DNA of 61,694 bases, from the NCBI GenBank assembly GCA_937921555.1, contig CAKZUV010000055.1, forward strand, positions 1 through 61,694, read 5' to 3'. Made by a program: the position numbers and the translations under genes. Shown here piece after piece: positions 40,839 through 50,529 of this stretch (its first letter is position 1; each line of letters opens with the position of its first letter). The DNA comes from an uncultured Saprospiraceae bacterium. Lineage in GTDB: Bacteria > Bacteroidota > Bacteroidia > Chitinophagales > Saprospiraceae. A model generated the notes under the pieces. That model was not told where the DNA came from and ran no database searches. It saw only the letters and a program-made list of their open reading frames with translations.

Positions 40839-41441
40839 TCAACGCAGGACCATTCCCATTAATTCTTTAAATTCATCGGCCTTGTTAAAATTCTGATCCT
40901 GGTAAGTGGTGGCGCTGAAGCGCAGATTATAGACCTGGTCGTTGCGGAATTCCAGTTCGATTTTGATATTTCCGTATCCCTGATTAAATTTTTCGGCTTC
41001 TTTTTTATAAAAATTCAGCGAAGGCTTCATGTAATGCCGCTGTACGGATTCGACCCACTGTGGGCGGTTAAAGGTCCGGACATCGCTGACGTAACTGTTG
41101 TAATTCATCTCCAGTACCTTTTCGCGGAGCAAGTCAAAAAGATGCAGGATTTCCGCTTTCCGGTATTGGGTCTGGTGGAAATGCACCACAAATCCTTTGG
41201 CGGAAGGGGTATTCAGAAAGGCCACCGCGTCGTCCGTCCGGGCGGTGGGAGAGAGATAAGCGGCGTATTGATTATTTAGCCAGTCGAGCATCCGTTTGGC
41301 GGAGAGCGTGGTCTTCCATTGTTCGTAAGCCGCTTTTTCGGCCTCGCTCCGTTCGATGATTTCGTGTACCACGGGCTGTGAGGGCGAACTTTGTTCGGAG
41401 TCTTGAAACAGGGATTTTATTTTTTTCCAGAAGTCGGACAA
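40839..41441 (-). CDS. hypothetical cytoplasmic protein
   Basis: 200-codon ORF with TTG start. No recognisable motifs. Confidence 0.55.
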   Translation of the reverse strand: MSDFWKKIKSLFQDSEQSSPSQPVVHEIIERSEAEKAAYEQWKTTLSAKRMLDWLNNQYAAYLSPTARTDDAVAFLNTPSAKGFVVHFHQTQYRKAEILHLFDLLREKVLEMNYNSYVSDVRTFNRPQWVESVQRHYMKPSLNFYKKEAEKFNQGYGNIKIELEFRNDQVYNLRFSATTYQDQNFNKADEFKELMGMVLR

Positions 41442-41966
41442 GGGTGTAGGGTTTAGTGGTGGTTAGAACGTCTTAATTTTTATAAAATTAGATATAAAAT
41501 TTGTGATAAATTATTAAACAGATGGAGGAGGGATTGGTTTAGAAAGGCTATTTCTAAGTTGTTTGATTCTGATTCATTAGCTTATTAAAATGGACAGTTA
41601 AGAAGCAAAATTATCTTTTGAATAATCATAATTCTCGACGAAGACAATTTTTTTGATGAAATTATGCTGTTTTAAGTATTTAGTAATGGTAAAACAATAA
41701 CTTCCCGATTTATGGCTGGCCCTTTTGATCCAATATTTCGCCTGCCTGCGTGTCCGCAGGACAGGCAGGTTAAAAAGCCTCGCCGATGCTATGGCATCGT
41801 CTTGAGCCAGCCCATCCACAAGCGGTTCATTCGCTTTGCGAATTCATGCCTCATCTTGAACCAAAATTCCCTTGCCAAAATGCGGAACTTATTATTCGAC
41901 CATTACTTAATAGATAAAAAAAAGTATTAAAATAGAATAAAGTTTAGTAGCATAATTTTTATTTAT

Positions 41967-41974
41967 TACATTTG
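41967..41974 (+). promoter_or_regulatory. candidate -7 promoter box TACATTTG upstream of the repeat-containing leader ORF
   Basis: Matches TAnnTTTG, 52 nt upstream of the ATG at 42026. Confidence 0.45.
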
Positions 41975-42025
41975 AATTAAATAACAACATATGTAGTAAT
42001 ATTTTTTCACCTAAAAATTTATTTT

Positions 42026-42082
<57 letters not shown>

Positions 42083-42219
42083 TACCATTATTATTAAATA
42101 GTCAAGAATGCCCAGATTACGATAGCAATGGTTTTCCAGTAGACTTACCTTCTGATCCCAGTTGTCTATTTGATGCCAACAAAATTATCGCCCACCGATA
42201 CGCTCCTACCATCCGTCAC

Positions 42220-45200
42220 ATGGCTGATGCGAGGGGTGATTGGAATGATCGAGGTGTTAAAGGGTATGCGGATTTATTAGTATCTCCTTTTTATGATGGA
42301 GACTATAACACCGGGAATAACTGGAATAACCTAGATGATATTGCTTTAAATTATGTTTTTGGTAGTAATGCTGAAGATGCTTTTGACCCTTACGTTTACT
42401 ATTCCGTAGTCTGGCTGGAAGATTATTGGGTTGTTACTTATGGGTTTTACCACGCTAGAGATTGGGCTCCTGAGCTTATTTTACCTCTTTCTGAAATTGC
42501 TGTTTGTAGGGCCGATTGCCATGAGAATGATTACGAAGCAGCAATATTTGTAGTTAGTAGAGAAAATAGAGAAGTAGTAAGTGCTCACTCTGTCGCACAT
42601 TATGCATTTAAAAAATATCATAATCTTAATGGATTAACTCCAACGGTGTTTATAGATGATCGAACACATGCAGTTGAGTTAAATCTTGGTAATGAATGTA
42701 TTGATTATGGCTTGGAAAGCGGTTTGGTAGGTCCGGGTGCTAGTAGATGTGATGATTGTAAGGATTTCTTTGCTCCAGGAGGTAATGTTGTTTATCAGCC
42801 TATCCCCATTAATTCTGAAGAGGAACCTTCCATCGATGTCGCAGAAATTGGTATAGACAATAATGATCACTTAGTAGGAACTGGACGTTATGAATTGGTA
42901 GATATTTTTGGTACAGACGTTGAGAGTCTTAATAATTACAGATTTGATACGAATATTTTTACTCCTGACGGTAATTTCCATAACGAAGATACGGAGGGTC
43001 CCGAAAGTGGCACTGGGAGTGCGCCTTGGGGTTTGGGAAAGATGTCCTATTTTTCTAAACAGTTGGAATATGTAACTTGCTTTGCGGAGACTGGTAATTT
43101 TGCTTGTTTTCCGTTCAAAATTTGGATAACCGCTTCTCAATCAGTTACCATTAATCCACCCCCCTACCAAGTAAATATTGATTATAACCCTTTTTTCCCT
43201 TGTGATGGAGTTACCTATTCTGAAGCAATGCCTCCTACATATGTGGCTACTCAAGATAATACGGAGTTGGTTGGGAATGGTATATGGGAGGAAATACCAT
43301 TTAATGAAATAAGAATTCAAGCTGGGGCTAAACTAACGATTAAAGATACTCAGATGAACTTTAAGAATGGTGGGCGAATAACTGTTAAGCCAGGAGGTGA
43401 ATTGATCGTTAATAATTCCATACTTGGTTATTGTGGAACGGCAGTTGATGGTCAATGGCAAGGTATTAAAGTGGAAAAGGGCGTAAATGCAGCAACTGTA
43501 ACTATAGAAAATAATAGTGATATTCTTGACGCAGAAGTTGGTGTAGATCTTAACTCAGGAGAAAATCTTCCTCAGTACATCTCTCCCATAGTCGATATTT
43601 CTGGTAGTGCATTTATTGATAATGGCATTGGAATTAGAGCTGTTGATTGTGACGGCGAAGCAACTATCACCACTACTGCATTCTCAGAGGGTATAGGGAT
43701 AGAACTAACTAACAGCCAAAATTTCACCATTGACAATTGTAGTTTCTCTAACCATTCTACCGGTATATCCTCATCTAATTCAGCATTTGAAGTAATCAAC
43801 GAAAGTAGTTTTGAAAATTGCGGTATTGGTGTTATTTCTGTTGGTACCTTTCCGCTCGGTTCTTCTGTGTACATCGGAGATGAAAACGCCGGATCAGGAA
43901 ATATTTTTGACGGGACAGATCGTGGAATATTATTGCTGGGTACGAATAGCCCCGATGGTGCTTTTATTGAAAAAAATGAGTTTAGAAATACCCGTCACGC
44001 CATTGAATTTAACGGAGCAAATAAGTTTACAGTAGCCAATAATAGGTTTATGGGGAATTCACGGGCAGTTACTATGGATAATACTGGAATAGCTGTCAAT
44101 GATTTGAGATGTAACGAATATGTTGGCTGTACTCAAGTAAATAATTTATTCGTGGGTGAAAATATAAGAACTCGTTTCTTGGAAAATCACTCCATTGAAA
44201 GGCTTGGGTGGGGCTATGTAATGCTGGATGCAGCATTACCATTTATGATAGGTGAAAATGGTGAATCTGCTGCTAATTGCTTTGGCGAATCTGCCAATAG
44301 CTTTCTTCCGGACATTGCCAGCAGCCAGCCATTTAATTATTTTTATAGCGAATCCATGGACTGCAAAACAGAGCCTTCTGTTGGTAATAATAATGTAATG
44401 GTGACGGAAGTGCTTGAAGAAGGAGTTTATTGTGAAGAAATTGGCCCATTTAATATTGAAAATCCCGGAAGCGGTAATGGCGGTCAGATTGATCTGCAAA
44501 ATTTTGAAGCGGAATCAGCTTGCAGGCCATGTATTTTGGATAGCATTAATTTATACATCGATAAAGTGGTTGTAAAAGGCGGAGATAATCCACGAACAGT
44601 TGCTTTTGAGTCGGGACCAGCAACGTCCGATCTTCGATCCACCGAACGAACCCTGGATCAATGGATAGATTTTGGTATTTACGTAGGACTGAAATTAAAA
44701 AAGTATGAGTATCTAGAAAATATTCTGAGTCCGATGAAAACCTGGGATTTACAAGCTAAGCATTTTGGTATAAAAATGATGAAAAATGATTTGGCGGGAG
44801 CGCAGACAAAATTAGCCAGCATGTCCGCTAATAATACAAAGCAAGTTTATTTTAAAGAGGTTCAGCTTTTAAACTTAAAATATCTGAGAGGATTTGATAG
44901 AGAGAATGAATTAACTGCGACTGACTTGCAAAGATTGATTGATATTGCTGATTCAAAAACCTCAGTTAGTGGTTACGCAAAAGGATTGTTTTTTCAAATG
45001 ACTGGAACGTACTTGGAAAGTGAGTATCCTGAATTAGAAGAAATGGCAAAAAACATGAAAGAGAGGGCAAAGAAAAAGGAAGCGATTACCTCTAGAATTG
45101 GGGATGAATTTATTCGTGTTTTTCCAAATCCTGCTACGGATCGACTTGAAATTGTTTCGTCGGGAGATAGGCTTATTTCTACATGTGTACTGATTGACTT

Positions 45201-45345
45201 GAATGGAAGCATTATTCTTCAAAAATCAGTAAATAAAAATAGCTTAACTTTAGACTTACAGGACACAGTATCTGGAATGTATTTGGTGAAAATTATTGAT
45301 GAAAATGGTAATATAATCATTGAGAAAGTAATTGTAAATAACTAA
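42220..45345 (+). CDS. T9SS-sorted protein with parallel beta-helix repeats, likely phase-variable (as listed it lacks a signal peptide)
   Basis: C-terminus IRVFPNPATDRLEIV...GMYLVKIIDENGNIIIEKVIVNN. Repeated N-x-x-x-G-I/V beta-helix-like segments in the middle. See the SSR at 42041-42080. Confidence 0.8.
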   Translation: MADARGDWNDRGVKGYADLLVSPFYDGDYNTGNNWNNLDDIALNYVFGSNAEDAFDPYVYYSVVWLEDYWVVTYGFYHARDWAPELILPLSEIAVCRADCHENDYEAAIFVVSRENREVVSAHSVAHYAFKKYHNLNGLTPTVFIDDRTHAVELNLGNECIDYGLESGLVGPGASRCDDCKDFFAPGGNVVYQPIPINSEEEPSIDVAEIGIDNNDHLVGTGRYELVDIFGTDVESLNNYRFDTNIFTPDGNFHNEDTEGPESGTGSAPWGLGKMSYFSKQLEYVTCFAETGNFACFPFKIWITASQSVTINPPPYQVNIDYNPFFPCDGVTYSEAMPPTYVATQDNTELVGNGIWEEIPFNEIRIQAGAKLTIKDTQMNFKNGGRITVKPGGELIVNNSILGYCGTAVDGQWQGIKVEKGVNAATVTIENNSDILDAEVGVDLNSGENLPQYISPIVDISGSAFIDNGIGIRAVDCDGEATITTTAFSEGIGIELTNSQNFTIDNCSFSNHSTGISSSNSAFEVINESSFENCGIGVISVGTFPLGSSVYIGDENAGSGNIFDGTDRGILLLGTNSPDGAFIEKNEFRNTRHAIEFNGANKFTVANNRFMGNSRAVTMDNTGIAVNDLRCNEYVGCTQVNNLFVGENIRTRFLENHSIERLGWGYVMLDAALPFMIGENGESAANCFGESANSFLPDIASSQPFNYFYSESMDCKTEPSVGNNNVMVTEVLEEGVYCEEIGPFNIENPGSGNGGQIDLQNFEAESACRPCILDSINLYIDKVVVKGGDNPRTVAFESGPATSDLRSTERTLDQWIDFGIYVGLKLKKYEYLENILSPMKTWDLQAKHFGIKMMKNDLAGAQTKLASMSANNTKQVYFKEVQLLNLKYLRGFDRENELTATDLQRLIDIADSKTSVSGYAKGLFFQMTGTYLESEYPELEEMAKNMKERAKKKEAITSRIGDEFIRVFPNPATDRLEIVSSGDRLISTCVLIDLNGSIILQKSVNKNSLTLDLQDTVSGMYLVKIIDENGNIIIEKVIVNN

Positions 45346-45404
45346 ATAATTGGAGGGGAGAGGAGATGAACTTTTTCCCTCTGTTTTTTAAAAAATTAAA
45401 GATC

Positions 45405-46880
45405 ATGAAAAAGATATTGTTTCTCTACGCTTTTCTATTTTTTACTAGTGTTATTTTTGCCCAAAACTATGGCCATACACTGCTTACAATCCCTGAACGT
45501 AATCTACTACCTACAGCGATTTATCAGCTTGAAGATCGTTTTATTGTTCCTATGATCTATCCAGATACATTATCTTCCGTAATATCATTTGATCATGAAG
45601 GAGGCAATCAGATGGATTTTCATTATGATGATTTCAAGTTTGCTTCTCATCCTTATGTTCGAGTTGGCGACCAACTTTTTTTCTATGCCAAGGATCGTAA
45701 CATTGATAATGATCTACGTGTTCGGAAGCAAAATACTGATTTTGAGACGCTCTGGGAACGAACTTATCAAGTAAGTAAGGATTATTCTTTTCCAGTTACA
45801 ATGTTAGGTGTTGATAATCATCTTTACATTACCGCAATCAATCAACGAGATGAGCCACATCAGCGGGTAATTAATCTAAAAAAAATTGATACGCTAGGAA
45901 ACGTAGTTTGGTCAAAAAATTATGGAGAGGATTTAAGAAGATCATTAGCATACCAGACTAAAGTGACGATGGATCAGGGAATTTTGATGTCAGCAAAAAG
46001 GCTTACTTACATGGTTGGTGATAATTCCCACAGCCAACTGATCAAAGTAGACACCGCCGGAAATATCATCTGGCATGCGATCGGGATGGAGCGGTTCCCA
46101 AATGGTGCGACCAAGACCTCAGTGACCGAGTTATCCAATGGACAAATTATCCAGGCCTACGCGGTATATAAAAGACAGACTCCCGATTTTATTGCAATGG
46201 GCTGGTACGAAGAACCGATACGAATGGACTGGTACGACGCGGATGGGAACTTTTTATTTTATAAATATATTTTATCACCGAATACAACTTCGGTAGGAAT
46301 TATTGATTTAATAAATGGTAGAGGAGATTATTTTTTCAGTATTGGATCTTCCAGAGATTTAGAATTGGGTAGTCATGGCTTAATTACTAAAATGAACCAT
46401 CAGGGAGATACGATCTGGGCAAAAAAATACCAGTATCCTGGAGTAGATCAATTTAATGAGTTGAATAGTTTCAGAGATATGATTGAATTGGAGAATGGTG
46501 ATCTGGTAACGGTCGGTACTGCCTGGAAGTTGTCGGCAGGTGAATATGCGCCCGTCTGGATCATGCGGGTAAACGAGTACGGTTGCTTTGGTGGAGATAA
46601 CTGTGATGATATTGTGACGTCGGTGGAGTCGATAGATGGAGCGGAAAAATCGCAGATTAGTGTTTATCCCAATCCGGCGAAAGACCGGCTTACCGTGGAA
46701 CTGGCTGATTTAACGGAAGTGCGGATTTATGATATGACGGGTAAACAGCAAATAGCGCAGGTTGGAAATACTGGTAGTCAGCTGGAGCTGGATGTGTCCG
46801 GTTTGGCGAAAGGAACTTATATTTTATCGGCTACGCGGAGAGATGGGAGGGTTTGGACGGAGTTGGTGGTGGTGGAGTGA
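45405..46880 (+). CDS. T9SS C-terminal-domain secreted protein
   Basis: Second ATG (45405) gives signal peptide MKKILFLYAFLFFTSVIFAQ. C-terminus ISVYPNPAKDRLTVEL...GTYILSATRRDGRVWTELVVVE. Confidence 0.8.
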   Translation: MKKILFLYAFLFFTSVIFAQNYGHTLLTIPERNLLPTAIYQLEDRFIVPMIYPDTLSSVISFDHEGGNQMDFHYDDFKFASHPYVRVGDQLFFYAKDRNIDNDLRVRKQNTDFETLWERTYQVSKDYSFPVTMLGVDNHLYITAINQRDEPHQRVINLKKIDTLGNVVWSKNYGEDLRRSLAYQTKVTMDQGILMSAKRLTYMVGDNSHSQLIKVDTAGNIIWHAIGMERFPNGATKTSVTELSNGQIIQAYAVYKRQTPDFIAMGWYEEPIRMDWYDADGNFLFYKYILSPNTTSVGIIDLINGRGDYFFSIGSSRDLELGSHGLITKMNHQGDTIWAKKYQYPGVDQFNELNSFRDMIELENGDLVTVGTAWKLSAGEYAPVWIMRVNEYGCFGGDNCDDIVTSVESIDGAEKSQISVYPNPAKDRLTVELADLTEVRIYDMTGKQQIAQVGNTGSQLELDVSGLAKGTYILSATRRDGRVWTELVVVE

Positions 46881-46970
46881 TTGGTGGATCAGTGGATCAG
46901 TGATTAGTTAATCGGTGGATTAGTTAGTGATTGGTTAATCTGTGACTAAAAACCAACAAACCTAAGACCT

Positions 46971-47288
46971 TTAAGCTACTTCACTTTCAGTGTTTCTGAT
47001 TCGTTGCTGCAGCAAAGAAAATTTTTCCTGATATTTTTGGTAATGCGCCAGATAAGCTTCGAAGTCACGAATTTCCGCTTGCTCCTGGTATTGAGCAATT
47101 AGTCTGCCCAGAAAAAAGCAGCCGATGGCGAGGGCGGCTCCGGTAAAAATATAGCCGATGCCCGCAACAATTTCCGGAAGGTTGGGATTGGATTCTACGA
47201 CGATCAGGGAAACAGCCGCCAAAGACCAGGAGGTGATCAGCGATTTTTGGGCGGTACCGAGTAATAGCAGATGAATGGCGTTTAACAT
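46971..47288 (-). CDS. small membrane protein (N-terminal TM helices, C-terminal helical tail)
   Basis: Hydrophobic helices followed by QYQEQAEIRDFEAYLAHYQKYQEKF. Lies 5 nt downstream of the preceding gene. Confidence 0.5.
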   Translation of the reverse strand: MLNAIHLLLLGTAQKSLITSWSLAAVSLIVVESNPNLPEIVAGIGYIFTGAALAIGCFFLGRLIAQYQEQAEIRDFEAYLAHYQKYQEKFSLLQQRIRNTESEVA

Positions 47289-47293
47289 AAAAT

Positions 47294-47701
47294 TTATTCT
47301 TTGTTCTTTTTATAAGAAGAATATCCCAGTAAAGTAAGCAAGGCAGTGAGTGCCGCAGCACCAATACCAAGAATGCTTTTGTCTCCCGGATTTTTATAGA
47401 TAGCATAACTACAAGTCACCAGAAATCCCAGCACTATTGGAAACGAGAGAAAGTACATATAAGTTCTGAAATTATCTCTCTTCAACCTGTTTTTTTCAAA
47501 CGCTAAAAACATTTCCTGTACTTTTTCCTCAAAGCTCATTGTATTTTCGGAAATACTTTCGATCGGTTTGATGGTTTCGCTTTTAGACTCTATTTTGGGC
47601 GTACGAATGTTTAAAATTTCATTGAGCTTTTGCTGTTTTTGAGATATTTCCTTTTCCAGTTTTTCTATCTCAACTTTCAGCTGTTGTTGGTCGTTTGTCA
47701 T
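47294..47701 (-). CDS. small membrane protein (N-terminal coiled coil, two C-terminal TM helices)
   Basis: QQQLKVEIEKLEKEISQKQQKLNEIL, then YMYFLSFPIVLGFLVTCSYAIY and ILGIGAAALTALLTLLGY. Confidence 0.5.
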   Translation of the reverse strand: MTNDQQQLKVEIEKLEKEISQKQQKLNEILNIRTPKIESKSETIKPIESISENTMSFEEKVQEMFLAFEKNRLKRDNFRTYMYFLSFPIVLGFLVTCSYAIYKNPGDKSILGIGAAALTALLTLLGYSSYKKNKE

Positions 47702-47776
47702 AAATGCTATCCTATTATGGTAAATATAGCTAATAATTTTTGGTTTTAAAAGTGTTGATTGCCTGATTTACATTCC

Positions 47777-48745
47777 TTAACTATACTTCGCCGCCCACAT
47801 TTTCGCAAAATAAGTCAAAATCACATCCGCGCCCGCCCGACGAATACTCAGCAATGCTTCTGGCATCGCCTGATCAAAATCCAGCCAGCCTTTCTGAGCG
47901 GCGGCGACCAGCATCGCACATTCTCCGCTGACGTGGTAGGCGGCGATGGGCAGGTGGGTATTTTCGCGCAGCGAATGAATCACATCCAGATAGTGAATAG
48001 CCGGTTTGACCATCAAAAAATCTGCCCCTTCGGCAATGTCCAGTTTGGCTTCGATCAGGGCTTCCCGTTTATTGGCGGGATCCATCTGGTAAGTTTTCTT
48101 ATCGCCCGCTTTGGGAGCCGAATCCAGCGCATCCCGGAACGGACCGTAAAAGGCACTGGCGTATTTTGCGCAGTACGACATGATGCCTGTATCCACGTAA
48201 CCCGCCTGATCGAGTGCCCGGCGAATAAACCCGATCCGGCCGTCCATCATATCGCTGGGACCGATCAGATCAAATCCAGCCCGTGCTTGTGCTACGGCCA
48301 TTTTACCAAGAATCGGTAAGGTCATATCGTTGATGATCATTCCTTTTTTTACCAGTCCGTCGTGGCCGTCGGAACTGTACGGATCCATGGCCACGTCGCT
48401 GATCAGGCAGCATTCCGGAAAGCGTTTTTTGATTGCTTTGGCGGCCTTGAGGTAGAAGTTTTTCGGATGATAACTGTAGGTTGCTTTTTTATCTTTGAGG
48501 GATTCTTTGACCGCCGGAAAAAGGATGAAATTCCGGAGTCCCAGTTCCATACATGCTTCTATTTCTCCTAGCAATAAATCCAGCGACCAGCGGTAGTTGC
48601 CGGGCAGAGATTTTACTTCTTTTTTGATTTTTTTACCATCGACGAGGAAGAGTGGATAGATGAGATTATCGACGGTCAGACGGGTCTCGCGGACCATGTT
48701 GCGGAGGGCGGGTGTACGACGGTTACGGCGGGGACGTTGGTTCAT
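47777..48745 (-). CDS. hemB: porphobilinogen synthase
   Basis: RPRRNRRTPALRNMVRET N-terminus, VKPAIHYLDV active-site Lys region, YHVSGEYAM-like motif. Confidence 0.95.
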   Translation of the reverse strand: MNQRPRRNRRTPALRNMVRETRLTVDNLIYPLFLVDGKKIKKEVKSLPGNYRWSLDLLLGEIEACMELGLRNFILFPAVKESLKDKKATYSYHPKNFYLKAAKAIKKRFPECCLISDVAMDPYSSDGHDGLVKKGMIINDMTLPILGKMAVAQARAGFDLIGPSDMMDGRIGFIRRALDQAGYVDTGIMSYCAKYASAFYGPFRDALDSAPKAGDKKTYQMDPANKREALIEAKLDIAEGADFLMVKPAIHYLDVIHSLRENTHLPIAAYHVSGECAMLVAAAQKGWLDFDQAMPEALLSIRRAGADVILTYFAKMWAAKYS

Positions 48746-48891
48746 AATTCAGGATGAAATTTTTGGCAAATATACGGTAAAATTGAGTGTGGTTAGCGGT
48801 TAGCCATTAGCCGTTAGCTTTTGACTGTTTGCTGCACTCGACCGTGATCGAATAAGGTTGTCAGCAAAAATTTTTAAAAAAAAAGGTAAGT

Positions 48892-49125
48892 CTATGGATT
48901 TTTCTTTTCCTTCTTTGGTACCGGATCGTGTCCGTGTCCCGCCCAGGGATGACAGCGACCGATTCTTTTTATTCCGAGCCAGATGCCTTTGAAGACGCCC
49001 CATTCGTTGATGGATTCGACCATGTACTGGGAGCAGGTGGGGGTGTAACGACAGTTGTTGCCGAGATGTGGAGAGATCGCCGACTGGTAAAAACGAATGG
49101 GTAGGATGAAGATTTTTTTAAACAT
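48892..49125 (-). CDS. yidD: membrane protein insertion efficiency factor YidD
   Basis: [27 protein letters not shown]...RIGRCHPW starting from the internal ATG at 49125. The upstream extension of the listed ORF is low-complexity. Confidence 0.9.
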   Translation of the reverse strand: MFKKIFILPIRFYQSAISPHLGNNCRYTPTCSQYMVESINEWGVFKGIWLGIKRIGRCHPWAGHGHDPVPKKEKKNP

Positions 49126-49237
49126 TTTTTTATTTTTTGCTGCTTGCTCTTTGCTTCTTGCCGCTTGCTTCCCTTTGAACGTAAATACGCGCTTAAGGGA
49201 AGCAAGTAGCAAAGAGCGAGTAGCCAGGAGCATAAAA

Positions 49238-49732
49238 CTAATAACTAAAACTCGCCGTCGCTTTGTCAACCTGAAATAGCAGGTAATCTCTTTTTTTATT
49301 GGGGCCCTGTAAGGTAATAATGTTTTGCTGATCGCCGTATAGTTCCATTAAAACGTTGTTGGTCAGGGTCAGGTTTTTGGTAGGAATACCAGAAAGTGGA
49401 AATTCAAAATAGCACCAGAGGGCCAGTAAGTCTTCGCTGTTTTCTTTGCCGACAAAAGAAAAAGAGAGGGGTTGTTCGTTGGCGGCCACGAGAAAGTGAT
49501 TGGCCAGATAAACGGCGAGGAGCGAATCTCCTTCGGGGACTTCTTTTTCGGTGCCCAGGTGCATGGTCTCGGTAAATCCCGTTTCCTGCTGAATGACTTT
49601 TTCCAGATCATCCAGAAAGATATGCATGCTGACTTGTACGGATTGTTCCGCAGCATTTACTTCTACCTGGGCTTTGGTCAGGTGAATGTCGTGGGCAAAC
49701 AGGAGACTGAATATTTGTAAGAATATAATCAT
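49238..49732 (-). CDS. DUF6702-like protein
   Basis: [34 protein letters not shown] resembles the DUF6702 N-terminal pattern as I recall it. Lies downstream of a HupE/UreJ gene. Confidence 0.55.
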   Translation of the reverse strand: MIIFLQIFSLLFAHDIHLTKAQVEVNAAEQSVQVSMHIFLDDLEKVIQQETGFTETMHLGTEKEVPEGDSLLAVYLANHFLVAANEQPLSFSFVGKENSEDLLALWCYFEFPLSGIPTKNLTLTNNVLMELYGDQQNIITLQGPNKKRDYLLFQVDKATASFSY

Positions 49733-49836
49733 TCAATAATTTTTATTAAAAACAGAATCTACAAAGGTAAAACGTTGGTAACTGTTGTTTCGTTGTGGAA
49801 AAAGGGAAGATTTATTAATCGGATACACGGATTTTT

Positions 49837-50409
49837 TTATTCGAGTAAACCGCTCATGATCCAGATGCACAAGATCATTACTACCGTATTGACGAGGATG
49901 ATCCAGTTTCGTTTTTTTAATTTAAAAATATTCAGCACTATAAAATTAGCCAACAAAACAACTCCGACAATCAATAATTGCCCTACTTCTATTCCTAGAT
50001 TAAAGGCTAATAATTGCCAGACGAGCAGGTGTTCTTCGCCGGGCATGAGCGCCGACTTTAAAAAACTGGAAAAACCCATTCCGTGAATTAATCCAAAAAA
50101 CAAAGCAGCAATATATTTTACATTTAATTTGCTAATGTTATTGTTTGTAATTAAATTATAGATGGCCGTCAGTAAAATGGTGACCGGAATTAGCCATTCA
50201 ATCACTTCTTTGGGAAATTGAATAATGTCCAGAACTGCGAGCGCCAGCGTGATTGAATGACCAATGGTAAAAGCGGTTACGAGTACCAGCAATTTTTTCC
50301 ATTCGGATAGCTGATAAACAACGGTTAACGCAATGACAAATAATAGATGATCGTACGCCGCCAAATCCAGCAGGTGCTCAAAGCCGAGTTGTAGGTAGAG
50401 GTTGAACAT
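49837..50409 (-). CDS. HupE/UreJ family membrane protein
   Basis: LGFEHLLDLAAYDHLLFVIALT N-terminus, six TM helices. Confidence 0.75.
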   Translation of the reverse strand: MFNLYLQLGFEHLLDLAAYDHLLFVIALTVVYQLSEWKKLLVLVTAFTIGHSITLALAVLDIIQFPKEVIEWLIPVTILLTAIYNLITNNNISKLNVKYIAALFFGLIHGMGFSSFLKSALMPGEEHLLVWQLLAFNLGIEVGQLLIVGVVLLANFIVLNIFKLKKRNWIILVNTVVMILCIWIMSGLLE

Positions 50410-50529
50410 TTTTTGTTTTTTGTTAAATCGTTGAGTCTACTTTAAAAACTGGAAAAGCGAAAACCAAATTCGGCACATAGTCCTGCTTAAAAAAATACTT
50501 TTTAGAACAAGCTAAACATCCAAACAACC

